A stretch of 64,000 bases of DNA from Tricharina praecox (GCF_024521635.1 NW_026250437.1:1-64000), one strand, 5' to 3'. Positions 1 to 12,968 are shown, counted from the first letter of the stretch. A program made the numbers and translations. The notes: generated from the sequence alone by a model not told the origin.

Positions 1-126
1 TACAAGCGAGTTGAGATGCAATCACTGGTCCCCGTCTCCATACACAAGAGAAGCTATTGCAGCTGTATACATTTCCGACTATCTAGTAGCACTGTATAAC
101 GTATCCCCATCCTGCCCTCAACCCCT

Positions 127-846
127 CTACTCCTCCGTGAATTTCTGCTCACCGAAAATTCCCTCCAACGCCTCAATCTCAGTAACCTTGGTGTACCAAG
201 CAACAATCTTGGGATGCGCGTCTCTCCACTCCTTTTTCAACCAGGACTTGAGTCCCATATCGAACGTCGCAGCGACGATCAAATCGGCAATCGAGAACTT
301 CTCCGTCTCGGCGATCCACTGGTGCTTTTCCAGCTGCTCCTCGAGGACCGCCGCGATTCTGTCGATTCCCTTCTGTGCCGCGTCTTCGTTCTCCTGCGAG
401 AACGGCACCAGCTTCCTCGAGTGCTTCAGCCCCGTAAGGATGTGCGGCACCATCTCGAGCTCGCCGTGGAAGATCCACTGGTTGATCTTTGCGCGCTGCT
501 CCGGGGTGGCGCCGAGGAGCTGCTCACGGAACGGGCCCGAGTCGGCGAGGAACAGCGCGATAGCGGCGCTCTCCACCACGAACTGCGGGTGGTTGCCAGT
601 AGTCTCGAGGGCGGGGACCTTGGCGAGAGGGAACTTGGCCACCCATACGGGGTCCTTGTTGTTGACGCCGTACTTGAACTCGGGGAGTTCGATTTCGAGG
701 CCGTTGAGTTTGGCAGCGGCGAGGGCCTGCGGTCGGAGAAGTCAGTGGTCACGACTCACGAGAGGCAACGCACCGAGGAATGGGGGACAAACCGGGACGA
801 TACGAGGGTTTCCGGCCCAAGTGTGGAGGGATGCGAAAGGAGCCAT
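127..846 (-). CDS. Glutathione S-transferase, EF1B-gamma N-terminal type (~217 aa, 2 exons: 846-793, 726-127)
   Basis: Removing the intron 792-727 (GTTTGT...CAG) joins MAPFASLHTWAGNPRIVP to ALAAAKLNGLEIE. The product has GST-N motifs KFPLAKVPALET and ESAAIALFLA and a GST-C motif FSIADLIVA. TATA-like TATATAA at ~958-952. Confidence 0.9.
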
Positions 847-1679
847 TGTAGATGATTTGATGACGTAGAAGCGTGGTGGATGTGATGTGATGGTTGGATG
901 TGCTGGATTGAGTGCTGTTGTTCCGTCTCCAATGCCCGACTTCGTAGACTCTTATATACCTCCCCCAACACCGCAATGACATGGAATCCAATATTCGACC
1001 CCGCAATCCCGTCCCTCCATCCCTCGTTCAGGGCGCGCGAAGTTCAGCCTTCAGTTATTCGCTTACACCTTCTCCGTTAGCAATTCCTCCTAGTTTACTT
1101 TTTCGCGCTTCACTCATGGAAAATATCCTAATATGGTAATTATGTTTTCCCAGAAAAACACCATTCAATTCCGAAACGCCAGCCAAGACCCCTGTTAGGG
1201 GTAATAATTATCGGATCGGGAGCTCATCGTACGCGAAGAGAAAGTTATGACTCTTCGTGAGTTTATGCGGCAACTTAAAATAAAAGTTAATATGTAACGG
1301 AGCCGCATGACAGGGAGGGTTAGGGTAATCCATCATCTACGTGTCACATCTGATCGGGATTCCGGGATTCCGGGACCGTGCTGAGCAACCAATGCTCACA
1401 AACGACATGCGGACCGGCACAATTGACGCCGGTAATTGCGGGCGAAGTCGCAGCGTGGGCGATGACACAGATGCTAGGGGCGCCGTCGCGCATCCCTGCA
1501 TCGCATCGGACGACCGATGGCAACAACCAAATTCACCACGGCAACTTTTCGGTAGCACGAAATTTCTGACAAATCCATCTCGATCCTATCCCGATGGATA
1601 TTGCCGAATGACACGGAGCTCAGTTGTTTGATCTGAGTAAATACAGGTTACGGCCGTAGGAAAATCGCTCTCGCGACAG

Positions 1680-3846
1680 CTACAGCTTCGCCCTGCTATC
1701 CCCGGTGTCGACGACTTCGTGCGCCGCCCTCTCCCTCAACACCTTCCGCAAGATCTTTCCAGATGGATTCTTCGGAATCTCGTCGAGGAACACGACACCA
1801 CCTGTTATCCACTTGTAACGCGTGCATCGCTCCTTCACCCAGTCTTTCACATCCTCTTGTGTCAGACCGGAATTGGCAATCGGGACTACGTAAGCTCGTG
1901 GTCGCTCGTCGTTTGCACTTGGAAGAATCGTGTCAGTCGGAGGTACGAAGAGGGAGGGAGAGGAGGGGGCGAGATGGAGCATGAACTGACTAGGGAATTC
2001 CTATGACGGCTACATCGGCAATCTTTTGGTGGTCGAGCAAGACACCTTCCAACTCGGCGGGAGCGACCTGGTTTCCCTTGACCTTGATCAACTCCTAACA
2101 TCTACCGTTAGCTGTTGCGGCAGGCCAGGTACCCGGATAGGTATGTGAACATGCCTTCTTGCGATCGACGATATAAAACTTCCCGATAGAGTTGTAATAC
2201 GCGATGTCGCCCGTCCGCATCCACCCATCCTTTGTAAAGATCTCCGCCGTAGCCTTAGGGTTGCGGTAGTAGCCTTTGCAAACATTAGGGGCACGGACGT
2301 AGAGTTCGCCCGGGACGCCGGCGGGAAGGTCTATCGTTTCATCATTGGCATCGACAATCTACCCGGTGTTAGTGAATCTGGAAGGATTGAGCAACGGTCG
2401 GGGGGTTTGGATGCGTGTATATACTTTGGCCTCACAGTTCGCTAAAAGCTCCCCCACGGAGCCTTGATCGTCCTCTTTGTCGTCGGGGTGATGTCCAAGT
2501 ATTGAGCAGGTGGTCCTGAAAGGGGAAGAGTTAGGGATTCCCCACATCCTCATAATCATCATGACCACCTGGGGATAAAACTTACTCCGTCATCCCCCAC
2601 CCTTGTCTCACTCTTATATCCGCGCCATATCTCTTCAGAAACTTCCCCTCGACCTCTTTCATAACATCCTTTCCCAGCGGTGCTGCGCCAGATCCCAATG
2701 CTCTAACACTCGAAAGATCAAACTTCGACACACCCGGGTGCTTGGCGAGCGCGATCATGATGGGTGGCACCCCCGCGATCGACGTGACCTTGTACTTCTC
2801 GATGTATCCCAGGAACTCGAGGAAGTCGAATTTCTGGATCATGTATAGCGGCACGTTGAGGGCGGGGCAGATCATCACATAATATGTTTGTCCGTACTGA
2901 CGGGTTCAGTGAGTGGCCAGCAGATGGGTGGTGGGGTCGGGTAGCGCAGACTTACCGCGTGGTACATCGGCAGCATTCCGATCTGGCGAGAAGGTAATTC
3001 TCGGAGAGTGGGCGAGAGGTGCCCCAAGTGTAGAACCTGGATGGTATTCGCGATCAGATTTCGGTGGGTTATCTCAACACCTTTCGGGACTCCGGTTGTG
3101 CTGCAAGGCCTATGGTTAATCCAGGTCCCATATACGAAGTTTTTATTTCTTTCTGATGCTGATCCTTACCCCGATGAATAGTTGATAGCCGCAGTCTGCT
3201 GAACATCCCCCATCGTCTGCAAGGGCTTCCAATGGAAGTCATCGCTATCACTCACAAGCTCACTCCAATGTCGCACGCCGTACAACTTCCCCGGCTCACC
3301 TGCATCCGATGTCCACCGATCGACACCGGTTCCGCCGTCCACATCGCCCAACAGCAACCCGTCGTCAAACACATACACCTTCCTTCTATCCAACCCGATT
3401 ATGTCAGCCGCATCGACGGCCGTTTTGATCGATGCCGCGCTCGCGATGCAGAAAGACGCACCCGAGTCCTTCAGCTGGAATGCCAATTCTCGTGTGGTGT
3501 ATATCGGGTTTGCGCCCGTGAAGACACCGCCGGCCGCGAGGATGGCGAGATATAGCGAAGGGTAGAAGACATTGTTGGCCGAGAAGGCGAGGACTCGCTG
3601 GCCGGGGAGCAATCCTGCATCCCGTAGGCCACGTGCGATCTTCTTGACGAGTCGTCGGTGCGAGTGGAGAGACAGATTGTGGGTTTCTGGCTTCTCGGCG
3701 GCGAGGTAGATGGGCGTGCGTGACAGCTCGGCGGTGGGAGAGGTGAAGAGGTAGCTACAGAGGTCGGTAACCGGGATATCGAGGGACCAACGGGAGCGGA
3801 GGCTGTAGGTGGACCGGGCGGTCAGGAAATCGGACACTGACGACAT
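1680..3846 (-). CDS. 4-coumarate-CoA ligase-like AMP-dependent acyl-CoA synthetase, probably peroxisomal (7 exons)
   Basis: The spliced product has the ANL motifs YSSGTTGVPKG, LPMYHAYG, QGWGMTE, GWMRTGD, DRKKELIKVKG and [10 protein letters not shown], and ends in the PTS1-like signal AKL. Six introns, one of them GC-AG. Start taken at ATG 3846; the longer ORF-track start runs through a GA microsatellite. Confidence 0.92.
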
Positions 3847-3903
3847 GGTGACGGATATGGAGGCGGTTGCGACGTGTGACTTGTTTCGAGCGTTTCGATC
3901 TGT

Positions 3904-4005
3904 GTCTCTCTCTATGTCTCTCTCTTTATCTCTCTCTGTGTCTCTTTCTCTTTCTATTTCTCTTTCTGTCTTTCTCTTTCTATTCTCTTTCTCTCTTTCT
4001 GTCTC
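3904..4005. repeat. Imperfect (TC)n/(GA)n microsatellite just upstream of the ligase start
   Basis: Visible run of tctctc/tttctc/tctgtg units. Confidence 0.85.
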
Positions 4006-6116
4006 ACAGTCTCCTTCAAGACATGAATAGAACACCTCCGCTATGAAGGAAGTTTGTTTTATATGACTTTGACTTGTCTAAATCCACTCCGCTTTCGCTT
4101 ACGAGGAACGGTCACATCCCCCAATCAGTCAGATCGATTGGGAACAACCCTGGATGCCGAGGCACTTGCGACGCAGATGAAAAATTCCCCACAATCATCT
4201 ATGGACTTACAGCCAGCCACAGCCGAGCTGTGGGGACCGCCGTCACCACGCGAAGATCGGCTCCTCTTCCCCACGATAGGGAACTTTGATAGCTGATCTT
4301 GTGCGCGTAGGTGGGGACTCGCGCGGTTGAATACGCCTGATTGTGCGGCCGAGTGCGGTGATATACTGAGCATCGCCGTGAATCGTGATTGGCATCTTCA
4401 CGACGCGCATACCGTGATATGAGACATGGCCACCGCCCCTTCCAAGCTCCAGCTTTGCCCAACGAGCACTCATGCGAAGATGCTCTAGGCACATTCCATT
4501 GGATGCAGCCCAGATCCGGGTACATACTGGAGGCGCAAGGGAATCTCACGTGCCACCCCCGCTGGTATGTAGTGGGGTGGAAACGGCTTTTCAGCAGCTA
4601 ACAAACTACCGGTATGATCTATGTACTTACCAAGGTCAAACGCTACATAGATATCTACGATTGAACAAACAAAAAAGCCCAGATCCGAGAATCCAAACCC
4701 TCTATAGATGCGTCGCAACTTCTGGCTCCATGTATATATTCCATTTATCTAGTTACCCCGCAATCGACCAGGGAACACAAGCTGCCTATATCTATATACA
4801 GAGACAGAAATTCGCAGAGGCGTGCACACTGCAAACTCCGGGGCAGCATCCGGCGCCCCACTTCGCCCTCGATGGGCCTAGCGCACGGCGGCGTAGAGTA
4901 CCGCTGTGCCACCAGCTCGGTTGGGGCACGAGATGCACGTCGGAGTTTCCGGAGCGAAAAGTTGCGGATATATACACAGATGTGCGTGACGAAATTGTAG
5001 GTAGATCTGTGCTTTACATGTGCGGACTGGGTACAACAAACAATCGCGCCTGGATAGACGCCTCGCTGTGCCGCTGGTGCAGGTGACTAAAGCCTTCGAG
5101 CATGCCCCGGCTCCGGGAAGGGCGGGATGGTAGTTACGTGCCCAGGCGTGGAATTCAGGCTGTAACTACAAGTTATCATTATACCAGAGCACATACCAGA
5201 GCACATAACGTGTACCCCCCACCGGTGCCAGGTTCGGGTCTGGCAGTCGAATACTCACGTAGATGGTTACCGCGTTATCTCTGGACCGGGTATATGCGGG
5301 TGCCATGGACCAGGATGCCATGGATATATAAATGGCCCGCAGTGGACGGGCTTGCGAGCAGGGCAGACGGCGGTAGGTGTGACTGAAGCCTGAATGAGTT
5401 ATTCATAGCGGAGCCGGCCATGGTCATGAGGGGCACAAACGCGAGCTCCAAGTGGCATTCTCCATTGTTAACTGCCTAGGTAGCTGGCCCCGCATTGCCG
5501 GTTCAGTGTGACTACTAGTGTGCGCAGCCTCGCAAACCCGGATAGCCAGCCTACCAGTTCCTACGTGCTCAACTGCTACATGATCGGGCAAGCGAGGTAA
5601 TTGATAAGGGAAGATCCCTTCCTTCGATTGTTTCGTCAACCGGTGGTGAGTTTGTGACCATGAATCGGTCATACCGGGGGATGAGTGCGGGGGGATCTGA
5701 GGGAAGGCTTGGGGTGCGCACTGCGCAGGGGCTATCAGTACTATAGCAGCTGAGGCACTCATGGCTTGCGGATGGTAGAGTACAATGAAGACTCGGGAAG
5801 CCCATCGGTTGGAAGGATGGGGTGAAACAACGGCACTCATAGACCCAATCACACGATATCACTTGCACATGATTCCCGGTCATGAATGAAGATCCAGTCA
5901 TCATTTTGCATCATAAGCCAAGGAAGGTACTACAGGAAATCAATTTCATCGCGGCCATCCAGCTTTAAACGACATATAGAAAAGACAGTCTTGCAACTAA
6001 GGCTCCACGTCCACGACAGATCCTATGAAAACCGTATTCTGCGCTCCCACTTTTCCGAAGATCATCGAGAATAGTAGCGCAGAATGGCCGTATCCGCCGT
6101 GATAGCCCCCGGACGG

Positions 6117-6497
6117 CTAGTGGTGAGACGGCTTGGGGGTTGGCTTCGGGGTGTACTTGGTAGTGCTAGGCTTGGGGGTGGGCTTAGGGGTAGGCTTCGG
6201 GGGCTTCGGGGTGTATGTTGGCGGCTTAGGAGTAGTATGCTCCGGCGGCTTAGGGGTGACCGACGGGGGCTTAGGAGTCGGCTTCGGCGGCTTGGGGGTA
6301 ACCGACGGGGGCTTAGTAGTAGGCTTCGGCGGCTTGGGCGTGTATGTCGGTGGCGTAGGCGTGGGCTTCGGGGGAGTAGGGGTAGGAAGGATCACGGTTC
6401 TAGTGACGGATCCTTGGCCATGCTCACCGTGTTGAGCCGCTGGTGCGGCCAGGGCAAGAGCGGCGAAGCCGATCGAGAGAATGACTTCGAAACGCAT
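6117..6497 (-). CDS. Secreted Pro/Thr/Lys-rich extensin-like repeat protein (126 aa)
   Basis: Signal-peptide-like MRFEVILSIGFAALALAAP, then ~14-aa repeats PP(TY/SV)TPKPPKPT(P/T)K with synonymous codon variation between units. TATAAAA at 6644-6638. Confidence 0.8.
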   Translation of the reverse strand: MRFEVILSIGFAALALAAPAAQHGEHGQGSVTRTVILPTPTPPKPTPTPPTYTPKPPKPTTKPPSVTPKPPKPTPKPPSVTPKPPEHTTPKPPTYTPKPPKPTPKPTPKPSTTKYTPKPTPKPSHH

Positions 6498-6637
6498 TGT
6501 TGGTTTACTGGTAGTGGAGTGGTCGAATAGAAGGAGTGTGGTGTTGAAGCGGAGAGAGGCTAGAGAACGTGGAATCGGGGCTGGAGTGGATGCGATCTGT
6601 TGGCTGAAGATTGAATTCTCAGTGGAGTTTACGTCCC

Positions 6638-6644
6638 TTTTATA
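6638..6644 (-). promoter_or_regulatory. TATA box (TATAAAA) of the 6497 gene
   Basis: Consensus TATAAAA ~140 bp upstream of the ATG. Confidence 0.55.
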
Positions 6645-7461
6645 AGGATTGTTCACTGATACAAAGACTCCACTTTGCATCGCAATTACGCCATCTCGCT
6701 TTCGCCGAAATCTCTAGGCTATGGCTATGAATTCTCTCCAGGAACCGAAAGCGACAATGCACCCGTAGCCGGTCGCTGTGATGGCAGAAAGTAGTTCCAC
6801 CAGCCGGTTTTGATGAATATCGTGCGTTGGTATAGACAACTAGAGGATGCATCAGGCCAATATTCTCAGTGATGCAATCTACGAAATTGCTGTAACTTGT
6901 TGGATTGCCCGTCAGAAATGTTGGTTGGTTTGGGGCTCGCCGCTCGGTGCTTATTGAAAATCCATGTTGCCTCCGACGAGTGAGGTGATGAAATCGAAGA
7001 ATGATTAATTCGAAGTTGGTGATGGGCAGTGCATCGCAGATTGGGTATCATACCTAAAACTTTCGGCATCGGGTGTGTATGCAAGCTGAATTTCCCCAGA
7101 CCACAGAGACGGCAAAGGCAAAGGGAGAGAGAGAACAACAATGTATTGTTTCATACGGCCCGTCAAGACCATGGCGGCTAGGACAAAACGGTAGATGGCT
7201 ATGGCAGTTGCCTACATCCAGCTTTCCCGAGTCAAAGTTAGGTAACAGAAACGAATGAGTGTAGCCAGTCAATTGAACTGCTACTACAAAAAACCAGATA
7301 CCATAGACCGTAGCTAGACGACGAGAATCAACCCATCTTTTCTTTCCTTCCACCTCATCCTCCGAGAGCTTACAAGTTACAATACATAGGAAAATTTAAA
7401 ACACAAGAACAGGTCCGCATCCAGCTCGTCACCCTACTCTTATACCTAGAGGCGAAACCAT

Positions 7462-8226
7462 CTAGGTGGACTTGGGCTTGGGAGCACCAGAGGGCTTAGG
7501 ACCAGAAGGCTTCTTTTTCGGCATTGCCCCGTGGCTGTGACCGGCGTGTCCGTCGGATGGCTTGGAGGGCTTCGGACCAGTGGGTTTCTTCGTTGGCTTT
7601 GGGCCGGTGGATTTGATCGGCTTAGAAGGCTTGAGAGAAACGACCTCATCGCGTGGGATCAATGGCTTTCCAGACGGCTTCGCGAGCAGCGTAGGCTTGA
7701 TACCGGATGGCATAGGAGGTTTCGGACTGCCAGCGGAGAGCTTTACCCCGGAAGGCCTTGGGGGCATCGGGCCAGCAGGCTTAGTCGGCTTCGGGCCCGC
7801 CGGCTTTGTGAACTTCGTCGGCCTGGGGCCGTGGCTGTGGCCAGCGTGCCCGCCGGCGGGCTTAGATGGCTTGAGGCCGGTCGGCTTGGACGGCTTAGGA
7901 GGAGCAAGCTCTTCCTCGGCAGCGCGCGGAACCACTGGTTTTCCGGACGGCTTGGGGAGGCCTGATGGCCAGGCAGTGGGGAGCGCTGTGGGCTTGGGAA
8001 TACCAGAGGGCCAAGCAGTCGGAAAAGCAGTCGGCTTGGGAATGTCGGAAGGCCATGCGGTCGGGAAAGCTGTGGGCTTGGAAATTCCCGAGGGCCAGGC
8101 GGTGGGGAAGCTAGATGGAAGCGCCGGAGTGGGCTTGGGGTCGTCCTGCGGTTCCGCAATCGCCACAGGCGCGGCCTGCGTCAACGCAAGGTAGGAAGTA
8201 ATGAGAACAAGGAGTGAAGAACGCAT
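7462..8226 (-). CDS. Secreted modular Pro/Lys/Ser-rich repeat protein (254 aa)
   Basis: Signal-peptide-like MRSSLLVLITSYLALTQAAP, four PTAWPS repeats, two KPSGKP-(VV/LI)-PR junctions and two GHAGHSHG motifs. TATAAAA at 8347-8341. Confidence 0.82.
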   Translation of the reverse strand: MRSSLLVLITSYLALTQAAPVAIAEPQDDPKPTPALPSSFPTAWPSGISKPTAFPTAWPSDIPKPTAFPTAWPSGIPKPTALPTAWPSGLPKPSGKPVVPRAAEEELAPPKPSKPTGLKPSKPAGGHAGHSHGPRPTKFTKPAGPKPTKPAGPMPPRPSGVKLSAGSPKPPMPSGIKPTLLAKPSGKPLIPRDEVVSLKPSKPIKSTGPKPTKKPTGPKPSKPSDGHAGHSHGAMPKKKPSGPKPSGAPKPKST

Positions 8227-8340
8227 GTTTGCAGTCGATGCAGTGGGGTGAAGAGATGGGAGGTAATGGGCTGGATATCTGACTCTGTCAGCTTCGCTGG
8301 TGGAAGAACAGAATTTCGATTCTTGGGCTTCTCGTGGGGG

Positions 8341-8347
8341 TTTTATA
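8341..8347 (-). promoter_or_regulatory. TATA box (TATAAAA) of the 8226 gene
   Basis: Consensus TATAAAA ~115 bp upstream of the ATG. Confidence 0.5.
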
Positions 8348-10014
8348 CATGACTTTGGCCATTGTATCGTGATCGCGTTATACTCACAAAGTCTTTGTCT
8401 ATCATGGGCCATGGTACCATCGCCATGATAGTGAAATTTCTGCGATGACGAGGATCATCAAGCTCAATCGACAGAGATCCAACTTCTACCGAGGAGAGGT
8501 TTGCGGATGAGCGGAGCATCCGTAGGCATTGGGATGGACTCGTTAAGATGAACTTCTATGGGGATCATCTCCTACCGTTCGAAAAACGTTCGTCCAGGAA
8601 ACGCGTGCGCCGCATCTGCTACTTCTCGGCCCGCAGGCTGACGGCTGCATTCAAGACAGGTTGTTAGGAAATCCTCACGATATATCTGATACCGCATCCA
8701 TAAGAGCAAGATTCTGGACGTATGTAGAAAGATACTCGCTTCCAGGTTGTTCCTGCTACGGTACTTCGGTAGCTTACCATAGTCCGGCACGAATGCAGGT
8801 ACACCGTACTGGCCTGGCCTTGCCCCAGCTCGGCACGTACATACAGATGGTTACAGCGATTGAGAGCCACCAGCCATCTAATTCTCCGTTTGTAGTGTCA
8901 TAGGTATTTGATTCCAGTTCTTTCAACGATACGAAGATGATGCCACGAAAGGAACCCGCGTCAGCCACCACCGCCTCCGACTACGCGAGCGCGTACATAA
9001 CCCGGACATTGCACGGGCGTCGCCCAACTGCAAACCAGGACAATATAGGTACTCTATCATTGGCATGGGTAGTTACATGTGCAATGTTTTACACAGATTA
9101 AAGACCGAGGAGATCTTCGTATGTAGGCGGTGCTAACAATCAATCACCACAACCAATGCGATTGTGATCTCGTCAATGACTTGCAATTGATGAAGCTGAC
9201 GACGACGATTACTCTATTATGCGGCTCGGGAGTCGGGAGGAAAACCTGCACTCGGTTGTCGGTAATTTGTAAATTGACCACGGGCTCACAGACTCACGGC
9301 GGAGTTGAGATCTCGCGGAATTACCGTAGATTGACGATGATGTAGTTTGCCGATTGTACTAAGGACGGCCTTTCGGCTCGGATCAGCTCTTGTAAGGCTA
9401 TTGACGTCAATGAATGGGCAACGCCAGCAGCGTCGCCTAAGCAGCAGCGTCCAGGGTGAATGGGAACTGAGAAATCCTCGTGGGTCGTGCGGTCTTGCCA
9501 CTATGATCTCGTAAGAAACCTGACGTCTTTTCCTACCAAGGACCTCTTACCATTGTAGTCTGCTTCTAGTAGGTAGATTGGATTGGCAGCGTCTACGATC
9601 CTTGCTTTATCCACCGAGATTCCCCTAGCATAGGTAGCTAAATTTCAGTTGAGCACATTTTTGAAAACAGAAAAGCCGAGGCTCATGCAATTACGATTTC
9701 CCCTCTCGATAGAGTGGAAACTATGTAGATTAGAGTGTGAAGGGTAGGCATCGAGTGATGGTTGGTGATGACGTTGAGTTATCGACATCGTCCAGCTCGT
9801 GTGCATCATCGTCGTTCGTGTAAAAACCACCACCTTGAAACTTTCGGCCCCCACGGTCATGGTGAATACTGCTATTGATTTAAATCATCAACCGTAAACA
9901 TGAAATCCACTCGCTATTCGGCCGCCGGAAAAAAAAAGTACATACAAATAATCAAGAAAAGGCAATATATACAGCAAAGACACCCCCGTCTCCCTTCACC
10001 CCATCCAATCCCGC

Positions 10015-11674
10015 CTACAACTTCATTTCCCACTTCTCATAATTGACCCACTCGACCCACAGCAGGCGCCTCCAGTACTCCGCCAACCGCCACGGAAAAT
10101 TCGTGGTAACAACACCCTGGGAGTTCTTATAGAAACTGGTACATCTCTGATCGTTGAGCGCGAGCGACTTGAGTTTCTCCTGCATCTCGACGTTGTACTT
10201 CCGCTCGCGCTCCTCCTTGACTGCGAAGGCAACGCGGTTACCGCGCCGCGCTTCAGAGAAAATCCGTTGGCACACTTTGACGTTCCATAGCGACTCCGTC
10301 TCGAACATGAAGGTAAGACTGCCCCACAAAAGACCGGTGGCCGGACCGTAGACGAAGAGGAAGTTTGGGAAGTTGTGCGTGCTGGTGCCGAGGTAGGCGG
10401 ATGCGTGTTCGCTGGGGAAAGGTTAGTTATCTATGAATCATGATCGGAGTGCGGGAAAACAAACCCCCATTGGCTTCTGAGCGAGACGCCCTGGTGGCCG
10501 CGGATATCGACATGGCCCAGCATATCCTGTGTCAGGAATCCAGTAGCCCAGATGATGACATCGATCTTGTCCTCGCCCTCTGCGGTGATGATCGAGTCCG
10601 CGGTGATCTTCAGCGGCGCCGAGGTGGTCAACGTGACATTATCGCGGAGGAACGCCGGGTAGTAGTTATCCAAGAACAGCGGCCGCTTGCAACCGAATGC
10701 GTAGTTCGGCGTGAGCTTCTCCCTCAGATCCTGTCGCTGCGGCGGGATCTGTGACTCCATGTGCATCTTCGCCCCCAGGGTGGCGAGCTCGTTCTCCTTG
10801 CTGGGGAGGTGGACGGAGCGGTACGGCATTAATTCCTGGTCGATGTAGAGGTACAGGTGGTGGAACCACTGCACGAGCGGCACCCAGCGGAAGATGGCCT
10901 TCATCATCGTCGAGAACTGGTAGTCCTGTCGCGGGAGGATGTGGGGTGGGGAGCGCTGGTAGACGTGTAATGACTCTACCTGCGGGGCGATGGAGGGGAC
11001 GACCTGCCCCGCGCTGGGGCCCGTGCCGATGATCGCTACGCGCTTGCCCGTCAGGTCGACGCTGTGGTCCCATTCGGCGGTGTGGAATTGCGGGCCGGTG
11101 AATGACTCGGCGCCGGGGATCCGCGCGCGTTTAGGGCGGTTCAGTTGCCCGATGGCAGAGATCACCACGGGGGCGGTGTAGTAGTGCATTTCGCCGGTTG
11201 CTTCGTTGCGGACGCCGACATTCCAGAGGAGGGTGGCGTCGTCCCAAATCGCCGAGACGACGCTGTGGCCGAACGCGGCGGACTTGTGGAGGTTGTAGTA
11301 CCGTGCGACTCGGTCGTAGTATTCACGGATTTCGTCCTGCGGCGAGTATCTCCGAGACCAATCTAACAAACGTTGAGCCTAATCAGCAGCCGCAAGAGTG
11401 ATCACGGATGAAGGAATCTCAATCGGAACGTACTATGGTTAGGAAACCACGAGATGCTGTAGATATGCGAGACAATATCACATGCAGCGCCGGGATACGT
11501 ATTGGCGTACCACACACCGCCGAATCCGCCGGACTTGTCGAACATGATCAGCTCCTCCGCCGGGTTCCTGAGAACCTTCTTGCGGTGGATTTCGGCCCCC
11601 TGAATGATGCCGGATATTCCGGCGCCGATGATGACAATCGACTTTTTCGTAGGGTTCGTCGCATCGGTCGACAT
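10015..11674 (-). CDS. Baeyer-Villiger-type flavin-containing monooxygenase (~511 aa; exons 11674-11434, 11362-10465, 10411-10015)
   Basis: FAD Rossmann motif IIGAGISG, GGVWYANTYPGAACD, the BVMO fingerprint FTGPQFHTAEWD (FxGxxxHxxxW[P/D]), NADPH motif IGTGPSA, ATGF and FPNFLFVYGP. Two GT-AG introns restore a single frame. Confidence 0.93.
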
Positions 11675-12968
11675 GATGGGCGGCTGCAAGCAAGCAAGCT
11701 GTATGAGTGACCAGTGGGAAGGGGAAGAAAAAGGAACCGTGGATGCAATGCGGGCAGACAGGAAATGCAAGTGCTCGAGTCGAGGAATCCAAAGCACAAA
11801 AGAGACCCTTTTAACCAACGGCCAGCCATTGCATTTGTCCGCCTGCACGCCATTACAGTAGGCACTCGCACGCTATCCAGGCAGGTCCATATGCCTTTCC
11901 ATCTCTCTTCCCGCGCCGTCTATGGTATATCCGCACACTCCGTCGCGTCGGTGTTCGGTTGTGATTGGAAGGGCAAAAATCTCCCACCCCCCCCTTGGAT
12001 AAAGTGGCTACGGCGTGTGGAGGCGGCGTGGATTGTGGGGAAGCCCTGTGGATCCCGAGAAGCCGAGATTGCTAGCCGTGTGTCGTTAGCTGAGTTAACG
12101 CCGCCAATAGTGACATGGCATAGGTGAGTTTAGTGCCGATGGTGGAGAAGATGGAGATGGATGCCCGCCTAGGTCACGCTACATGTGTACTGGTACTCGC
12201 TGTGGGCCCTTTCTGACGGGCGATGCGGGATAGGAATCGGTGGGAAGAGGACATCTGCTCGAGTCTGTGCCTAGTTTGTGGCGGGGAGGTTAGGAATTCC
12301 CGGATCCGTCGTAACGCCACCTGCACCCCACAGATTTTCTACGGCGGGTACGAATCGCCTTCGTAGAGTACCGGCATCTAAGTCATGACTTGGAACCGAG
12401 CTTGATAACCGACCTAACGGTGAACCCGCACCAGGGCTGTGGTTTCGGTGATGTATAGTGGACCAGTACCAACTGGCCAGTTGTTTAATTGAAAGCTTAT
12501 CATTCCTTCCGAATGAGGCAGGCAAAGTATAAAAGTCTACTCAGAATGGGGTACCAAAACGTATGATGTGGTGTTGTGTGTGGAGAATCAAAATCCTAAT
12601 TTTTCGCCATGTCCCAACACAACTGTATAGTACTGTACGGTATGGCTCAACCTTATGTGCCCCTCGCCTGTCTCGATAGAGCACAGTGGACACTAAAGGG
12701 ATTGCGGAGATGCGCGGCAAAGAGGTATTTATTACATGGCGGAAAAAAAAGTGAAGGAGCGCGATTATCAAGCACAGGCAGAAAAAGCAAACATACATAG
12801 TCACGGGCCCAAATAACCAGACCAACGGCACACAATCGACAGATAAAGAAAGCCCCACTCCACCCCCAACCCCCCAATCTCGTCTCATGTAGCCCCTCCA
12901 CCCATCTCCCCGAAAACGCCGAAACACCAATACCCCACCGACCCACTAGACTCCACCCGATCGCTACT

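Noticed and set aside
1190..1330. TTAGGG-like words as a telomeric relic
   Set aside because: Only isolated single units, with no tandem array.
3847..4035. N-terminal ER/DT-repeat extension of the CoA ligase in the ORF track
   Set aside because: It is a translation of the GA microsatellite from a non-ATG start.
7531..8194. Gly/Arg-rich plus-strand ORFs over the repeat-protein genes (also 6084-6530)
   Set aside because: Antisense shadows of the Pro-rich coding sequences.
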